Shown here one piece after another: positions 41,624-52,300 of a stretch of 64,000 nucleotides of DNA. The notes under the pieces were generated by a model, which saw only the letters and a list, made by a program, of their open reading frames with translations, had not been told where the DNA came from and did no database searches. Position 1 is the first letter of the stretch; every line of letters begins with the position of its first letter. A program made the translations under genes and the position numbers. The DNA comes from a virus: IMG/VR virus record IMGVR_UViG_3300025610_000001; one strand, written 5' to 3'.

Positions 41624-42397
41624 ATGTATGATGATATTATGAAAGCGGAAACTTATGCAGAAACTTACGTTGCTATTTCTAAAATGAGCAACGAAGAAGT
41701 AAATAATTTATTGAGAGATTTAGTAGGGCCAAATAAAGATAATGTTCCAAATGCTCCTAATTTACCCTTGACTCCACAAGAAATGGAAAGAATAAATCAA
41801 ATGAGACGAGCAGGTAAAGATATGCCTTTAACTATCCAAGATAAAAAATTCTTAACTGATGCAGTTAGAAATGCAAAGAAAAGAAAAGTAAATAAAAAAA
41901 GAACTGCATTTCAACAAGCGTTAAATAAACCAAGAAAAGTTGAAAATCCAGTAAAAAGGGCTAAAAGATTAGGTCAAACACAACAACCTGCCCAAACTTC
42001 ATTAAATCCGAAACAGCAACAGGCTATGGAAATGTTTAATCAGGTTCAAGAAAATAAAAGAAGAAGATTAGCCCAACAACAACAAGTTCCTTTACCACAA
42101 AAAAACGTTCCATTACCTAAAACACCAAGAACAATGTCTAACGAGGAAATGCAACGAAGAATGAAAGCAAGAAGAAAAAGAGAACAATCTCAACAACAAC
42201 CTCAGCAACAACCCCAAACAACACAACAACAGCCATTTCCACCAGCACCTCCAAGAGAGATTCCTTTTCCGCCACCATCTCAACAACCTCAACAAACACA
42301 ACGAGAGTTACCACCAAGAGTTAAATCACTTTTACAAAGAAAACCAAGAAGAGTAATTAGAAGAAAGCAACCAGTTACAGTAAATCCCAAAGCGTGA
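41624..42397 (+). CDS. Basic, Q/P-rich low-complexity protein, 257 aa
   Basis: Track ORF. Contains QQQPQQQPQTTQQQPFPPAPP. Confidence 0.7.
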   Translation: MYDDIMKAETYAETYVAISKMSNEEVNNLLRDLVGPNKDNVPNAPNLPLTPQEMERINQMRRAGKDMPLTIQDKKFLTDAVRNAKKRKVNKKRTAFQQALNKPRKVENPVKRAKRLGQTQQPAQTSLNPKQQQAMEMFNQVQENKRRRLAQQQQVPLPQKNVPLPKTPRTMSNEEMQRRMKARRKREQSQQQPQQQPQTTQQQPFPPAPPREIPFPPPSQQPQQTQRELPPRVKSLLQRKPRRVIRRKQPVTVNPKA

Positions 42398-42401
42398 TTA
42401 A

Positions 42402-42596
42402 ATGAATAGCCTAAAAATATTCAAAGAGATGCTAAATCTTGAAAAAGAAAGACAATTAGCAACTCAGGAATTATCACAATTATTAGGAATAGATATATCA
42501 TTTAGCGATGAAGAAGTAATTAAAAATGCCGAAGAACAAACGGTAAAACATATCGAAAAGAAACTCGCTGAAAAAATAAATAACATGGTGAAGTAA
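42402..42596 (+). CDS. Small protein, 64 aa
   Basis: Track ORF. Confidence 0.6.
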   Translation: MNSLKIFKEMLNLEKERQLATQELSQLLGIDISFSDEEVIKNAEEQTVKHIEKKLAEKINNMVK

Positions 42597-43106
42597 ATGG
42601 ATGAAGTAAGTCTGCTTATTGATTTAGTTTCGTCGAATTGGTCAAGTTCGGCAACTACTTTACAAAGTGCAGGAACTATTTCAGCAGACCATGTAGCAAC
42701 TCCAAACTTTGTTGATGTTAGAACATTAGAAAGAGGAAAGGGAGTTAGATATGATTTGTCATCTAAAGATGTTATTATCTTTTTTGAAGATGGACAAAAT
42801 CTAGAATACCCAACAGTTCACTTTGACGTTAGAAATGAAACATACACATTTACTATGCATATAAGAACAGTTCACGACGAAAGGGCGGGAACAGATACGA
42901 ATTTCGGGCGTGATAGGCTAAGGGCTTTATACTTGGTCGCCCGTCATGCACTTGAGCGAGGTCGAAGAGGCTATACTGCAAGTGATGGGTCTAAATTCAA
43001 TCAAATCTTTGTAGGTTCAAGAAGCGAATCAAATGACCGAGCAAAGAGATTATTTGGATATAAATTAAGTATAGAAGCAAAAAGATTCGCATTAAGTATT
43101 CCCTAG
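42597..43106 (+). CDS. Neck or tail-completion protein candidate, 169 aa
   Basis: Called only on position, immediately upstream of the major tail gene. Confidence 0.35.
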   Translation: MDEVSLLIDLVSSNWSSSATTLQSAGTISADHVATPNFVDVRTLERGKGVRYDLSSKDVIIFFEDGQNLEYPTVHFDVRNETYTFTMHIRTVHDERAGTDTNFGRDRLRALYLVARHALERGRRGYTASDGSKFNQIFVGSRSESNDRAKRLFGYKLSIEAKRFALSIP

Positions 43107-43135
43107 TAAGTAAGTAAAGGAAGGGGAGATTAAAG

Positions 43136-44779
43136 ATGGCAGTAAATACAGACATATTTTTAGGCAGTGGCGCAACTTTGACTATGATTCCAGAATTGGA
43201 TTTAAAAGTCATATTAGATACAACAAGCACAAGCACAAGTTTAGTTGCTGATGCTCTTTGGTCAGATAATGTAAGAATGGTAGAAAATCTCTACGTTGGT
43301 TGCGTTATTGATTTATTTGATGCATCTGTTTCACCAACAGAAGCCCATTCTACTCACGTTATTACTGCTAATGATGCTACATCTTTTACAATTTCTCCAG
43401 CCCATAATTTAGGAACTTTACAAGATGCAACAGATTTCATTGTTATTAGAGGATATGGCGCACCTGCTCCAACAACCCTAACAGGTTCTATTGCACGATT
43501 AAGTGCAGATAACTGGTTAGGTATTTTAGAAAGTGCTACTTTCCCAAATCTTGAAGTGGAAATGAAACAATTTAATATTTCATTAGGTGGAACAAGAAAC
43601 TTTTCTCATCAATTTAAAGGAATTGAAACTGCAAGCGGGGCAAGTTTAAATATCATTAATAATCAAGGAACATGGCTTTATTATGCTTTAGGTAAATGTA
43701 CACAAATTAACGCAACCTTTACTGGAAGTTCTTCATTAGACCCAGCAACTCCACCATATATTGCCCATGCAAACAATGTTCATTATCTAGATATTGGAGA
43801 AAATGCAGCCGCAAAAGCATTTAGTGATAACATTACAGGCTTTACATCAACAGGGCCAATCTTTTATAGAACTGCAAAGGATTCTACTTTTATGATTCCT
43901 CCAGTAGCAAATCAAGATACTGCAACACATATGGCACTATTGACATTACCATCATACAATGCAAGTGGTGTTCTAACAAACCCAATTAAATATACATTTG
44001 GAGAAGCAAATGGTGAAGAATTGCCTTCTTTTGGATTAGAACAAAACATGAGTAAATTAGAAACATCAAATCCACACAGAACAGGAGATACTACATTAGC
44101 AACAGAATCTCATAATTTTGTTCGTATTGCAAGAGGTAATCGAGTAAATACTTTAACAATGACAGCAAATGAGAATGAAGAAGTTAAGATGACTCTTGAT
44201 TTAAATACAAGAACTGTTCACAAACTTAAGACTGATGAAGCATATGAAGGTCGTGCGGGTGTTGATGACAATGCTGATTTGTTTAACTTTGGAAGTGGTT
44301 CAAATACATTAACAGCGACAGGAGAAGAATCTCTTGAACCTTTCTTCTTTTCAAGTGGTGCTTTCACTATCTTCGGACAACAATTCCTTAAGATTACAAA
44401 TATGACATTAACTATCAATAATAATCTACAAGACAAGAGATTCGTAGGAATTGGCAACAAATCCGTTAAGTCTGCTATTCCTGCACAAAGAACTTATGAA
44501 ATTTCGTTTACTGCTATGGTTACAGATAATCAACTATTTGAAGAACTTCTTGACCAAACAGAAGAAGGCACAAGCAATCTTATTACTCTACAATTTGATA
44601 AGAATGCTCCTGATGGAACCCTCAATGAACAAATTCTATTAAAGTTCCAAGATTACTTCTTAAGTTCAGCAAACATTACAATTCCAGATGATAAAGGGCC
44701 AATTACTATCGAAGGAACAGTAATGCCAAGAAATCTAAACACTTGTGAAGTTAGAACTCACTGGGTTTTACAGGGGTGA
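43136..44779 (+). CDS. Major tail protein candidate, 547 aa
   Basis: Large gene directly upstream of the chaperone/tape-measure pair. Followed by a hairpin. No separate tube gene was seen. Confidence 0.5.
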   Translation: MAVNTDIFLGSGATLTMIPELDLKVILDTTSTSTSLVADALWSDNVRMVENLYVGCVIDLFDASVSPTEAHSTHVITANDATSFTISPAHNLGTLQDATDFIVIRGYGAPAPTTLTGSIARLSADNWLGILESATFPNLEVEMKQFNISLGGTRNFSHQFKGIETASGASLNIINNQGTWLYYALGKCTQINATFTGSSSLDPATPPYIAHANNVHYLDIGENAAAKAFSDNITGFTSTGPIFYRTAKDSTFMIPPVANQDTATHMALLTLPSYNASGVLTNPIKYTFGEANGEELPSFGLEQNMSKLETSNPHRTGDTTLATESHNFVRIARGNRVNTLTMTANENEEVKMTLDLNTRTVHKLKTDEAYEGRAGVDDNADLFNFGSGSNTLTATGEESLEPFFFSSGAFTIFGQQFLKITNMTLTINNNLQDKRFVGIGNKSVKSAIPAQRTYEISFTAMVTDNQLFEELLDQTEEGTSNLITLQFDKNAPDGTLNEQILLKFQDYFLSSANITIPDDKGPITIEGTVMPRNLNTCEVRTHWVLQG

Positions 44780-44783
44780 TTAT

Positions 44784-44888
44784 ATGGATAAGTATGATAA
44801 ACTACGCCTTAAGGAACAATTGGCTAAGAAGCCAAAAGAAACTAAAAAGGAAACTCCAAAAAAGACTACAAGTAAATTACAAGAATAA
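44784..44888 (+). CDS. Lysine-rich micro-protein, 34 aa
   Basis: GGGGTGATTAT SD. Not in the track. Confidence 0.35.
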   Translation: MDKYDKLRLKEQLAKKPKETKKETPKKTTSKLQE

Positions 44889-44894
44889 TATTCC

Positions 44895-44921
44895 ACCAAC
44901 ACCGTTTGTTTGTTTGTTGGT
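44895..44921 (+). terminator. Hairpin ACCAACA/TGTTGGT with a T/G-rich loop; candidate attenuator after the major tail gene
   Basis: 7-bp stem and 13-nt loop. No clean T-run follows it. Confidence 0.3.
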
Positions 44922-44937
44922 ATAGAAGGTGGATGAA

Positions 44938-45306
44938 ATGTTAAACGAAAAAAAAGTTGTTACAGATAAGAGTGTATTATTTGCACTAACCGAGCCTACG
45001 CTACATTATATTAAAGTAGCACCCGAAAGTAATGAATATCTCAAGGTGTGGGTAAAAGAACCTACTTGGCTTGAAGCCGAAAAAGCCTTGAATAGTGTGA
45101 TGAAGATTGATTCTCGCACACAATCGTTAGACCTCGACTTAAATGCGATGTATCGCTATATGGTTGAGAATTTCATCTCAAAAACAGAACCTTCATTATC
45201 AACAATTGATATGCTTAAATTAAGCCCCTATGTTGGTAATCAGATAAAAGAAATTCTTCCTAATCCAATGAGTATGGTGCAGGAGGATGAAGAAAAAAAC
45301 GATTAA
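44938..45306 (+). CDS. Tail assembly chaperone, short (G-like) product
   Basis: Lies immediately upstream of the tape measure gene and ends just after a slippery heptamer. The track start is GTG 44929. Confidence 0.7.
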   Translation: MLNEKKVVTDKSVLFALTEPTLHYIKVAPESNEYLKVWVKEPTWLEAEKALNSVMKIDSRTQSLDLDLNAMYRYMVENFISKTEPSLSTIDMLKLSPYVGNQIKEILPNPMSMVQEDEEKND

Positions 45307-45512
45307 TTAAAGAAGCAGTAAGAGGTCGAGGAAATGACCATAAAACTGCTTCTTTAGTCGTCGTTTATATGCTTTCAAAAGCATTGGCAATTAGCCCATT
45401 AGAGATTTACAAAATGCCAGTTTCTTTAGTTAAAGACTTACTTAGTGTTCATATGCACGTTGAAGAAGTTAAAGCCGAAGAGTTAGAAAAACATAAAAGA
45501 AACATAAAGTGA
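44938..45512 (+). CDS. Tail assembly chaperone, long (GT-like) product made by a -1 frameshift at 45294-45300
   Basis: The -1 frame is open for 70 codons from 45300 to TGA 45510-45512, 5 nt before the tape measure ATG. Confidence 0.6.
45294..45300 (+). promoter_or_regulatory. Slippery heptamer A_AAA_AAC (programmed -1 frameshift site)
   Basis: In the zero frame it reads gaA AAA AAC, 2 codons before the stop. Confidence 0.6.
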
Positions 45513-45516
45513 TACA

Positions 45517-47541
45517 ATGTCAAAAATAGATGAAGCAAAGGTAGGAGTTACTGAATTAAGTGATTCTTTAAAAAGCCTAGAAGATGCATCATTTAAGGCA
45601 GGTATCGAGTTTCAAGGAATGTTAGGCAGTTTAACAAAGGCTGCATACAGTTTAAATGATGCTGGTAAAGGTTGGACTACATTTAGCCGATTAGTTTCAG
45701 GAAGCCCACTTTGGGCAATTCAAAATAAATTTAGAGCATATTTGTCTATTCTTGCTTCATTTGAACAAAGGTCAAAAAATAATACTAATGCTCAAATAGA
45801 ACAAAGAAAAAGAGTATTAGATAACTTTGAAGCAACAAAGAAATTAAATGAAAGTGTTAAGGACTTAAGTAAAATTAAAAGAATGGAAGTTAATCTAATT
45901 GAACAGGAAATAAAATTGAATGACCAGTTAGAAAAACAACAGAAAAGAAAAAATGAGTTACTAGACCTAGAAGCGGCATTAAAGGCAGAAGGGCTAGATA
46001 AAGGTCCTGAATTAATCAAAGACTTAGAAAAAAGAGATAAGGCTATAAAGGAACTTACAGAAAGAATAACTAAATTAAATAGAGGAATAGGAGATAGTTC
46101 TAAAGAAATAATGGAAGAAGTCAAAAGCCTAGATATTTACAAATATACTTTAGCCGCAACAGGTAGTGAAGAAAAGGCATTTATTAGAGCCAAAGCAGAA
46201 TTAATAGAAAAACAAAAAGAAGCAAATAAACAACTTAAGCAAGGAGAAAGGGCTTTAAAAGAACAATTTGCTTTTGATAAGAAAAGACTAGAATTTCAAA
46301 TGAAAGCGGCTGAAAAAGAGGCAAAAAGACAAGGATTAACAGGAAGAGCAAGAAAAAAATTCCTCAAAGAACAAAGGCAACTTGGTCAAAGAAAAATGAA
46401 AGAAGACCAAAAAGAGGCAATTAAAACTGTTAAAAAAGAAAACCTCAGAACAGAAAGTAAAACATCTTCCAATGAAGGAATTAAAGAAGACTTTAAGGGA
46501 ATGAAACTCGCTCTTGCTCCTTTTTTGCCACTTATAGGAGTTTATAGATTAGCAAAAAACCAAAGAAAAATTGCATTAAAAGCGCAAAAATTTAGGGCTT
46601 CTATGATTCCTGTTTTAAATTTAGCATTTAAGTTCTTTGTCTTTGGCATTATGGGTATTCTTGCATTCTTGTTATTTATCAAAGGTGCTTACGAAGTTTT
46701 CAAGATTTTAAAGGAAATGGGGCTAATCGAGGAAATAAAAGAATTTTTCTTTGCCGCTTGGGAGATAGCACTAGGATTTATAGGAGTAATAAGTACATTT
46801 ATTTCTGGAGACTTTAAGAAAGCATTTAAAGATTTAGGGCCACTTTTAGATAAAGTATTTATTCTTGCCTTAAATGGTTTAGGTTTATTTATTAAGGTAG
46901 CATGGGAAACAATTGTTGCTACATTTTATGTAATGATTCAGTTTTTCCATGACTTAGTTCGTGACCCCGACTTACAGGCAAGAGCAATTAGTATAGGATT
47001 AAAAATAGGAAAAATTATATTAGGTGCTTATTTGGTCAAAACTCTTGCATTAATGGCATTACAATTAGTTGCTGCTTATGCTGCACCAATTCTTCTAGGA
47101 GTATTTATTCTAGCAGGTCTTTATGCTTTGGCTAAATTTGTATTTGATAGATATGCCTTAGCAATTGTAAAACCTTTCCATATGTTTTTTGACTTTATTA
47201 CAGATATAGGCGCATTTGTTAGAGATGCATTAATTGATATAAAAGACTTCGTTAAGGACTTAAGCCCATTTTCTGAAGGAGGAAGAGTCAATTCTAATTT
47301 TCAATTAGTTGGAGAAAAAGGCCCAGAAATTGTAAAAATGCCGAGAGGCTCTACTGTTTATTCAAATGCAGTAAGTAAGCAAATGATTTCAAGAGGTTCT
47401 AATACAGTAGTCAATAATATGAGCATTACAATAAATGCTAGAGATACTTCTGATGCAGAACTAAGACGCATTGCAGATAAAATAGGAAACATGGTTAATA
47501 ACAAAATTAACAGAAGAACATCTTCAAGAACATTAGGGTGA
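45517..47541 (+). CDS. Tape measure protein
   Basis: 674 aa. Coiled-coil K/E-rich N-terminal half, a central block of hydrophobic helices, and position after the frameshifted chaperone. Confidence 0.8.
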   Translation: MSKIDEAKVGVTELSDSLKSLEDASFKAGIEFQGMLGSLTKAAYSLNDAGKGWTTFSRLVSGSPLWAIQNKFRAYLSILASFEQRSKNNTNAQIEQRKRVLDNFEATKKLNESVKDLSKIKRMEVNLIEQEIKLNDQLEKQQKRKNELLDLEAALKAEGLDKGPELIKDLEKRDKAIKELTERITKLNRGIGDSSKEIMEEVKSLDIYKYTLAATGSEEKAFIRAKAELIEKQKEANKQLKQGERALKEQFAFDKKRLEFQMKAAEKEAKRQGLTGRARKKFLKEQRQLGQRKMKEDQKEAIKTVKKENLRTESKTSSNEGIKEDFKGMKLALAPFLPLIGVYRLAKNQRKIALKAQKFRASMIPVLNLAFKFFVFGIMGILAFLLFIKGAYEVFKILKEMGLIEEIKEFFFAAWEIALGFIGVISTFISGDFKKAFKDLGPLLDKVFILALNGLGLFIKVAWETIVATFYVMIQFFHDLVRDPDLQARAISIGLKIGKIILGAYLVKTLALMALQLVAAYAAPILLGVFILAGLYALAKFVFDRYALAIVKPFHMFFDFITDIGAFVRDALIDIKDFVKDLSPFSEGGRVNSNFQLVGEKGPEIVKMPRGSTVYSNAVSKQMISRGSNTVVNNMSITINARDTSDAELRRIADKIGNMVNNKINRRTSSRTLG

Positions 47542-47545
47542 TTAA

Positions 47546-48250
47546 ATGGCAGACTATCACGTTTATCTTAAACTGCAAAGTTATGCAGGTAATATTCAAC
47601 AAAATACTATTCCTTTAAGAGCAACAGGTGTTTCTATTTCAGTTTCTAAAACTATTCCAGCGTTTCCTGTTCCTTTATCTGGTATTGCAACAGGTGAATC
47701 TATTACTGCGGCATTAGATTTAGGGATGGCTACAAAAAATGTATCGGTTAATGGATATATTATTGACGATACAATTACTAAAGTTTTTGATGGAACTGCT
47801 ACAACAAGAAAATTTACTGCTCATGAAATTGCACAAATGATTGCATCAGGTGTAGATTCAACAGGTTTAGCAAAAAATCAAGCGTTTTCAGAATTGGTTG
47901 TTCTTATGCCATCTTTTGTTGCGAGCGACTACAATTATCGAGGAACTTGTAGTATTGCTACTCATAAAAATAAAACAAATTGCGAAGAAGCAGGTGGAAC
48001 TTGGACACAAACAATAGATGAAAATTCCAATAGAGAAGATGGAATCAGTGTTCCTTTAATGTTTGGTTCAAGAGGAAATGCTCTTAGTTTAGATAATGCA
48101 AGAGTTCCATTACCATTAACGACATTTCCAGACAGTGATACAGAAACAGGAATTACAGGATTTGTAAGAAGTTTTTCATATGAATTAAATGCAGACACCT
48201 TTGAAATTACATTCAGTTTAGAATTTGAAGCGGCAAACATCTTCCCTTGA
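47546..48250 (+). CDS. Distal tail protein candidate, 234 aa
   Basis: Called on position after the tape measure gene. Confidence 0.4.
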   Translation: MADYHVYLKLQSYAGNIQQNTIPLRATGVSISVSKTIPAFPVPLSGIATGESITAALDLGMATKNVSVNGYIIDDTITKVFDGTATTRKFTAHEIAQMIASGVDSTGLAKNQAFSELVVLMPSFVASDYNYRGTCSIATHKNKTNCEEAGGTWTQTIDENSNREDGISVPLMFGSRGNALSLDNARVPLPLTTFPDSDTETGITGFVRSFSYELNADTFEITFSLEFEAANIFP

Positions 48251-48260
48251 GGTGAATTAA

Positions 48261-49388
48261 ATGTATAATACATTAATAGGAGAAAAAAGAAGTCTTGTCT
48301 TCCCTGTTATGTGTAATGCTCATGTTAAATTATCTTATGCAGATAACATACCCGATACGAACTCAAACACAGATACTTCTGATGATATTGCTTATGGTCT
48401 TTGGGCGCATGAAGGTTCTTTTACCTTTGAAAGTATAATTACTCCTTATGATGTAAATGGATATGGTAAATTTTCAACAGGAGGAACAATACCAACCTTT
48501 ACTCCATCTAAGAAAATAATGCCTTCAAATCATCATCAAAGTTCTCCAAATGACTATGAAAGCCAACTATATTTACCAGTTGCAGGAGGAAGACTAACTC
48601 ATGAAATGAGAATATTTGATAATGATAACTTTAAAATATCTTTGTTAAATTCTACATTATTAAACGAGAATCAACCTGCTGAATATAAAATAAAAGCAGA
48701 ATTAACCATTGGGACGACTACTGAAACATTTACATCTGATAAAGTAATCCTTCCTAATTTTTCATATTATAATGAATATGAAACAAATCAGAACCATGTA
48801 AATAAAGAAGGATTTGCTCAATATAGATATGTAGGGGCTTCTATTATTGGAAATCATTCAGCAGGTGATACGGTCATTAACGTATTCGTGAACACCTTTG
48901 CGGTAGGTCAGGAGTTGTTCGTTTTTGATACTACAAATGGCTTTAGGTCAATCGGTACGATAGCCTCCGTAGGCGGAAGTAACATTACGCTATCAAGCGG
49001 TCTTCCCTTCGATGTCGCCTCCCTAAGCCGTGTGTTTTTCAAAGGCTTTGCAAACCCTTCTTACATAAATAATACATACCATGTAGCCTTTGTTCTTAAT
49101 GATAATGGCAATTCTGTAAATATATTCCTTAATGGTAGAATTGTCTTATCGTCTTCTCATAGCGTAAAGACAGCATTTAGTTTCGCTAGAACAGATACAT
49201 TTTTAGGTGCTAATGGGACACTATCAAAAGGAACGAGTTCAGCGATTACAAATAAACAATTTATGGGAGAGTTTCATGAATTATCAATTATTGATATTCC
49301 TAAATTAAAATTTCCAAATGTAAATACGCTATTACCTTCTTTAGATGAAACGCTTCTATATTTAAGATTTGAGGAGATTGATTTATAA
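48261..49388 (+). CDS. Tail/baseplate protein with a LamG (concanavalin-A-like) type C-terminal domain, 375 aa
   Basis: YHVAFVLNDNGNSVNIFLNGRIV...FLGANGT...FMGEFHELSIID matches the LamG-like pattern. Confidence 0.45.
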   Translation: MYNTLIGEKRSLVFPVMCNAHVKLSYADNIPDTNSNTDTSDDIAYGLWAHEGSFTFESIITPYDVNGYGKFSTGGTIPTFTPSKKIMPSNHHQSSPNDYESQLYLPVAGGRLTHEMRIFDNDNFKISLLNSTLLNENQPAEYKIKAELTIGTTTETFTSDKVILPNFSYYNEYETNQNHVNKEGFAQYRYVGASIIGNHSAGDTVINVFVNTFAVGQELFVFDTTNGFRSIGTIASVGGSNITLSSGLPFDVASLSRVFFKGFANPSYINNTYHVAFVLNDNGNSVNIFLNGRIVLSSSHSVKTAFSFARTDTFLGANGTLSKGTSSAITNKQFMGEFHELSIIDIPKLKFPNVNTLLPSLDETLLYLRFEEIDL

Positions 49389-52300
49389 TGGCGCAAAATC
49401 TTAAGGTATTTGGGATAGGCGAAACTGCTGTTGATACTCAAAGTAGTGACCAATATAATGTACCAACTAATCCTAAATTTACTGCCGAAGGTACTTTTTC
49501 CTCATCTTTGAGAGCATCTGATAATGTTGAACAAACTAGGTTATATTCTTTAATATATCCTAGCCATCTGACAAGTGGTGTTGCAAGTGGAGAATTTACA
49601 GAAGTTGGAACATCTACTGCAAATACGATAAGATTTAATTTAGCAACGACAAATGGTTCTAGAATTAAATGCTATGATGAGAATACTGGAACTGGCGTAA
49701 AACTAGACTCTACAAATTATGATTCAGACCATCATTATTTTGTATTAATACACGCCAAAAATCATTTAAAGCATCATTTTGCTAGAGTAACTAAAGTTTT
49801 GACAGAAGATACAGAAGGAGATGCTTTTTCATTTGAACCAGCGTTAGGTAATGAAATTGAATTAAATACTGATTTTATGTTGTTTAAAGGCCCACATAAA
49901 ACATCTACTGCTGTTGCCTTTTCAGCAGGAATTAAACAAGACTTACAGAATAGTTTAGTTTGCTCAAAACCTTTATTTTACTTTTTAAAAACTAATGAAA
50001 AACACTTTACTGCTAATTTAAGTAGCGGAAGTGCTTTGATAGCAATTTCTACTTTAAGTGGGATAGAATCTGGAAATTTACAGGTTGGTATGAAAATATC
50101 TGGAAAAAATATTCCTGCAAATACGACAATTTCTTTGATAACTACAACTCATATTACAATGAGTAATAATGCAAGTGCATCTTCTACTGGAGAATTAATC
50201 ACCATAGAAAACTATAATGAAGACTATACTCTAGATAAAGATGACCAGTTAGACCACAATATAAAATACACTGCGGCCATTTCAACAACAAATACAAGTG
50301 GAGCAATAAATACTTTCTACCTTTCTGTATTTGGAACAATGCAAGACTTTAGTAACAAAATTGTAGATTATAGTAAATATTCTATGAAACTTGAATTAGT
50401 TGATAAATTAAGAGAATTGGATGAAAACCATGCTAAAGGTATAGGTAGCGGAACAGCGAATAGCAACGAAGACACATCATTATCTGCTTATAATTATACT
50501 GACTACACTGAAACTTTATTAAATTCTAGAAGGTCTTTAGCCGACGCAAAACAGTCTACTTCTAGCGATAAAAGTGGCCCGATTAGATATGTCCATTATG
50601 ACTATTCTCCCAAAAAGGTAAATATTATTTCTAATGTTTTAGATTTGGAATTAGAACAATCTTATGCTCCTAGAGGCAGTTTTGCTTCTTCAAAAGTCAT
50701 TGATAATAGTAAAATGCTGGGAGTTAAAATAAATGATTTTGAAAAGTATAGAATTAGGCATAGGGTCTTTAGAGGGGATTTATCTGAATTTGTAGATATT
50801 CCCGCAAAGGTTAATGCATTTAATAGCAGTAGAGAATATTCATTTCATACAGATTTTGAATTATATAATTATTTAAATGTTGGTGATGAAGTAAAAATAG
50901 GAGATTATATTTTATTTGTGGAGGCTTTACCGACAAATGGCATTAGTTTTTCTGATTTAATAAGAACTGAAAATTCGCAGCAATTTAAAACAGCAAGCCA
51001 ATTAGGATTATCTTGGTCTAGTTTATTGACAGCAGACCAGCAACTTAAAAGAAGAGCATTTAACTTTAAAGACAGGACTTTATTATCTTCTTTTAATATT
51101 GTAGAAAATAGAGAAAAAGAACTTTTTGTTAGCATAGTTTCCAAAGACTTTGAATACTTAGAAGCAGAAGTAGTAGTATCAAATTCTAAATTAGGATTAC
51201 TTTATTTAAAATTCGGTGAAAAAGCATACTCTAATACAGAAACATCAATGAGATATGCCACAGGTATCTTTAACATCGAAATAGAAAGATTTACAGGAAA
51301 GATTGAAAAAATAGAAGCATTCAAAGAAAATCAACAAAATTTTATTAAAATTGAAGGAAGAGATGAATTTAGTCAATTGCTTGGCCCTATTGTAAATAGA
51401 AATACTGCTTTCTCAGAAGATATTATTTATAGCACAAATAGTCCATATAATACTTTAACTAGTCTTTCTTCTAATGGTGATTTTAGTTTTAATAGTGTAA
51501 ATATTACAAATACATCCAGCATCAGTTTAACTGCTGGAGATAGAATATTTGCAGAGATAAATGACCACTTTATTTTCGTTGGTGTAATTAAGAATAATAC
51601 CTCAAGTGCCACAACTCATGAATTAGAAGAAAAAGCATTCGCAAAGTCAACAGGTAAAGCACTATACAAAGCATCAACAAAAAATTATATGCTAACTAAG
51701 GCATTGTCTTCTAATCCATTAGTTTCTTCTGAAACATCTTTAAAGGGTTCAGCAGATAAAGGTATTTTCTTTTCTGGTGGAGCAATAGTTGATTCTAACG
51801 AAAATGCTTCAGAAGGTACATCTTTAATAGGTACAAGTTCTAGTAATAATGAAAAAGGAGTAGGTTATTTTATTCACCAACCTAAAGGAATATCTTCAGA
51901 TAATTATTTTCAGTGTCGTTTAACTAATAACGATAATAGTGCTTTTCAATCATTTGATACAGTCAATACTTTGTTGGATTTTGAAATATTAAATATAAGT
52001 GAAGAAAATGGAAATAAAGTTTTAGAAGTAGCACCATATATGCCTTTATCGTTGGGTCGTGTAGAATTAAATTATGCAAATACAAGAAATACAACATTTA
52101 CAGATATAGGTAATCCTACTGCTACTTCTAACAAAAATTATTTTGATATTACTGTGACTCATGGACATAATTTTTTATCTTCCACATCTGATAAAAGAAA
52201 TCATCATGGAAAACCAGTGTTTAAAAATGGAGAATTTTTAGGATTTATTACTTTTGCTTATTTACGGACAGATTACTCAACAGTAAGAGTATTTGTTGAT

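Noticed and set aside
43136-44779. Calling the 547-aa protein a contractile tail sheath
   Set aside because: No tube gene lies between it and the chaperone, only a 34-aa ORF. It is therefore kept as a generic major tail protein, and tail morphology is left undetermined.
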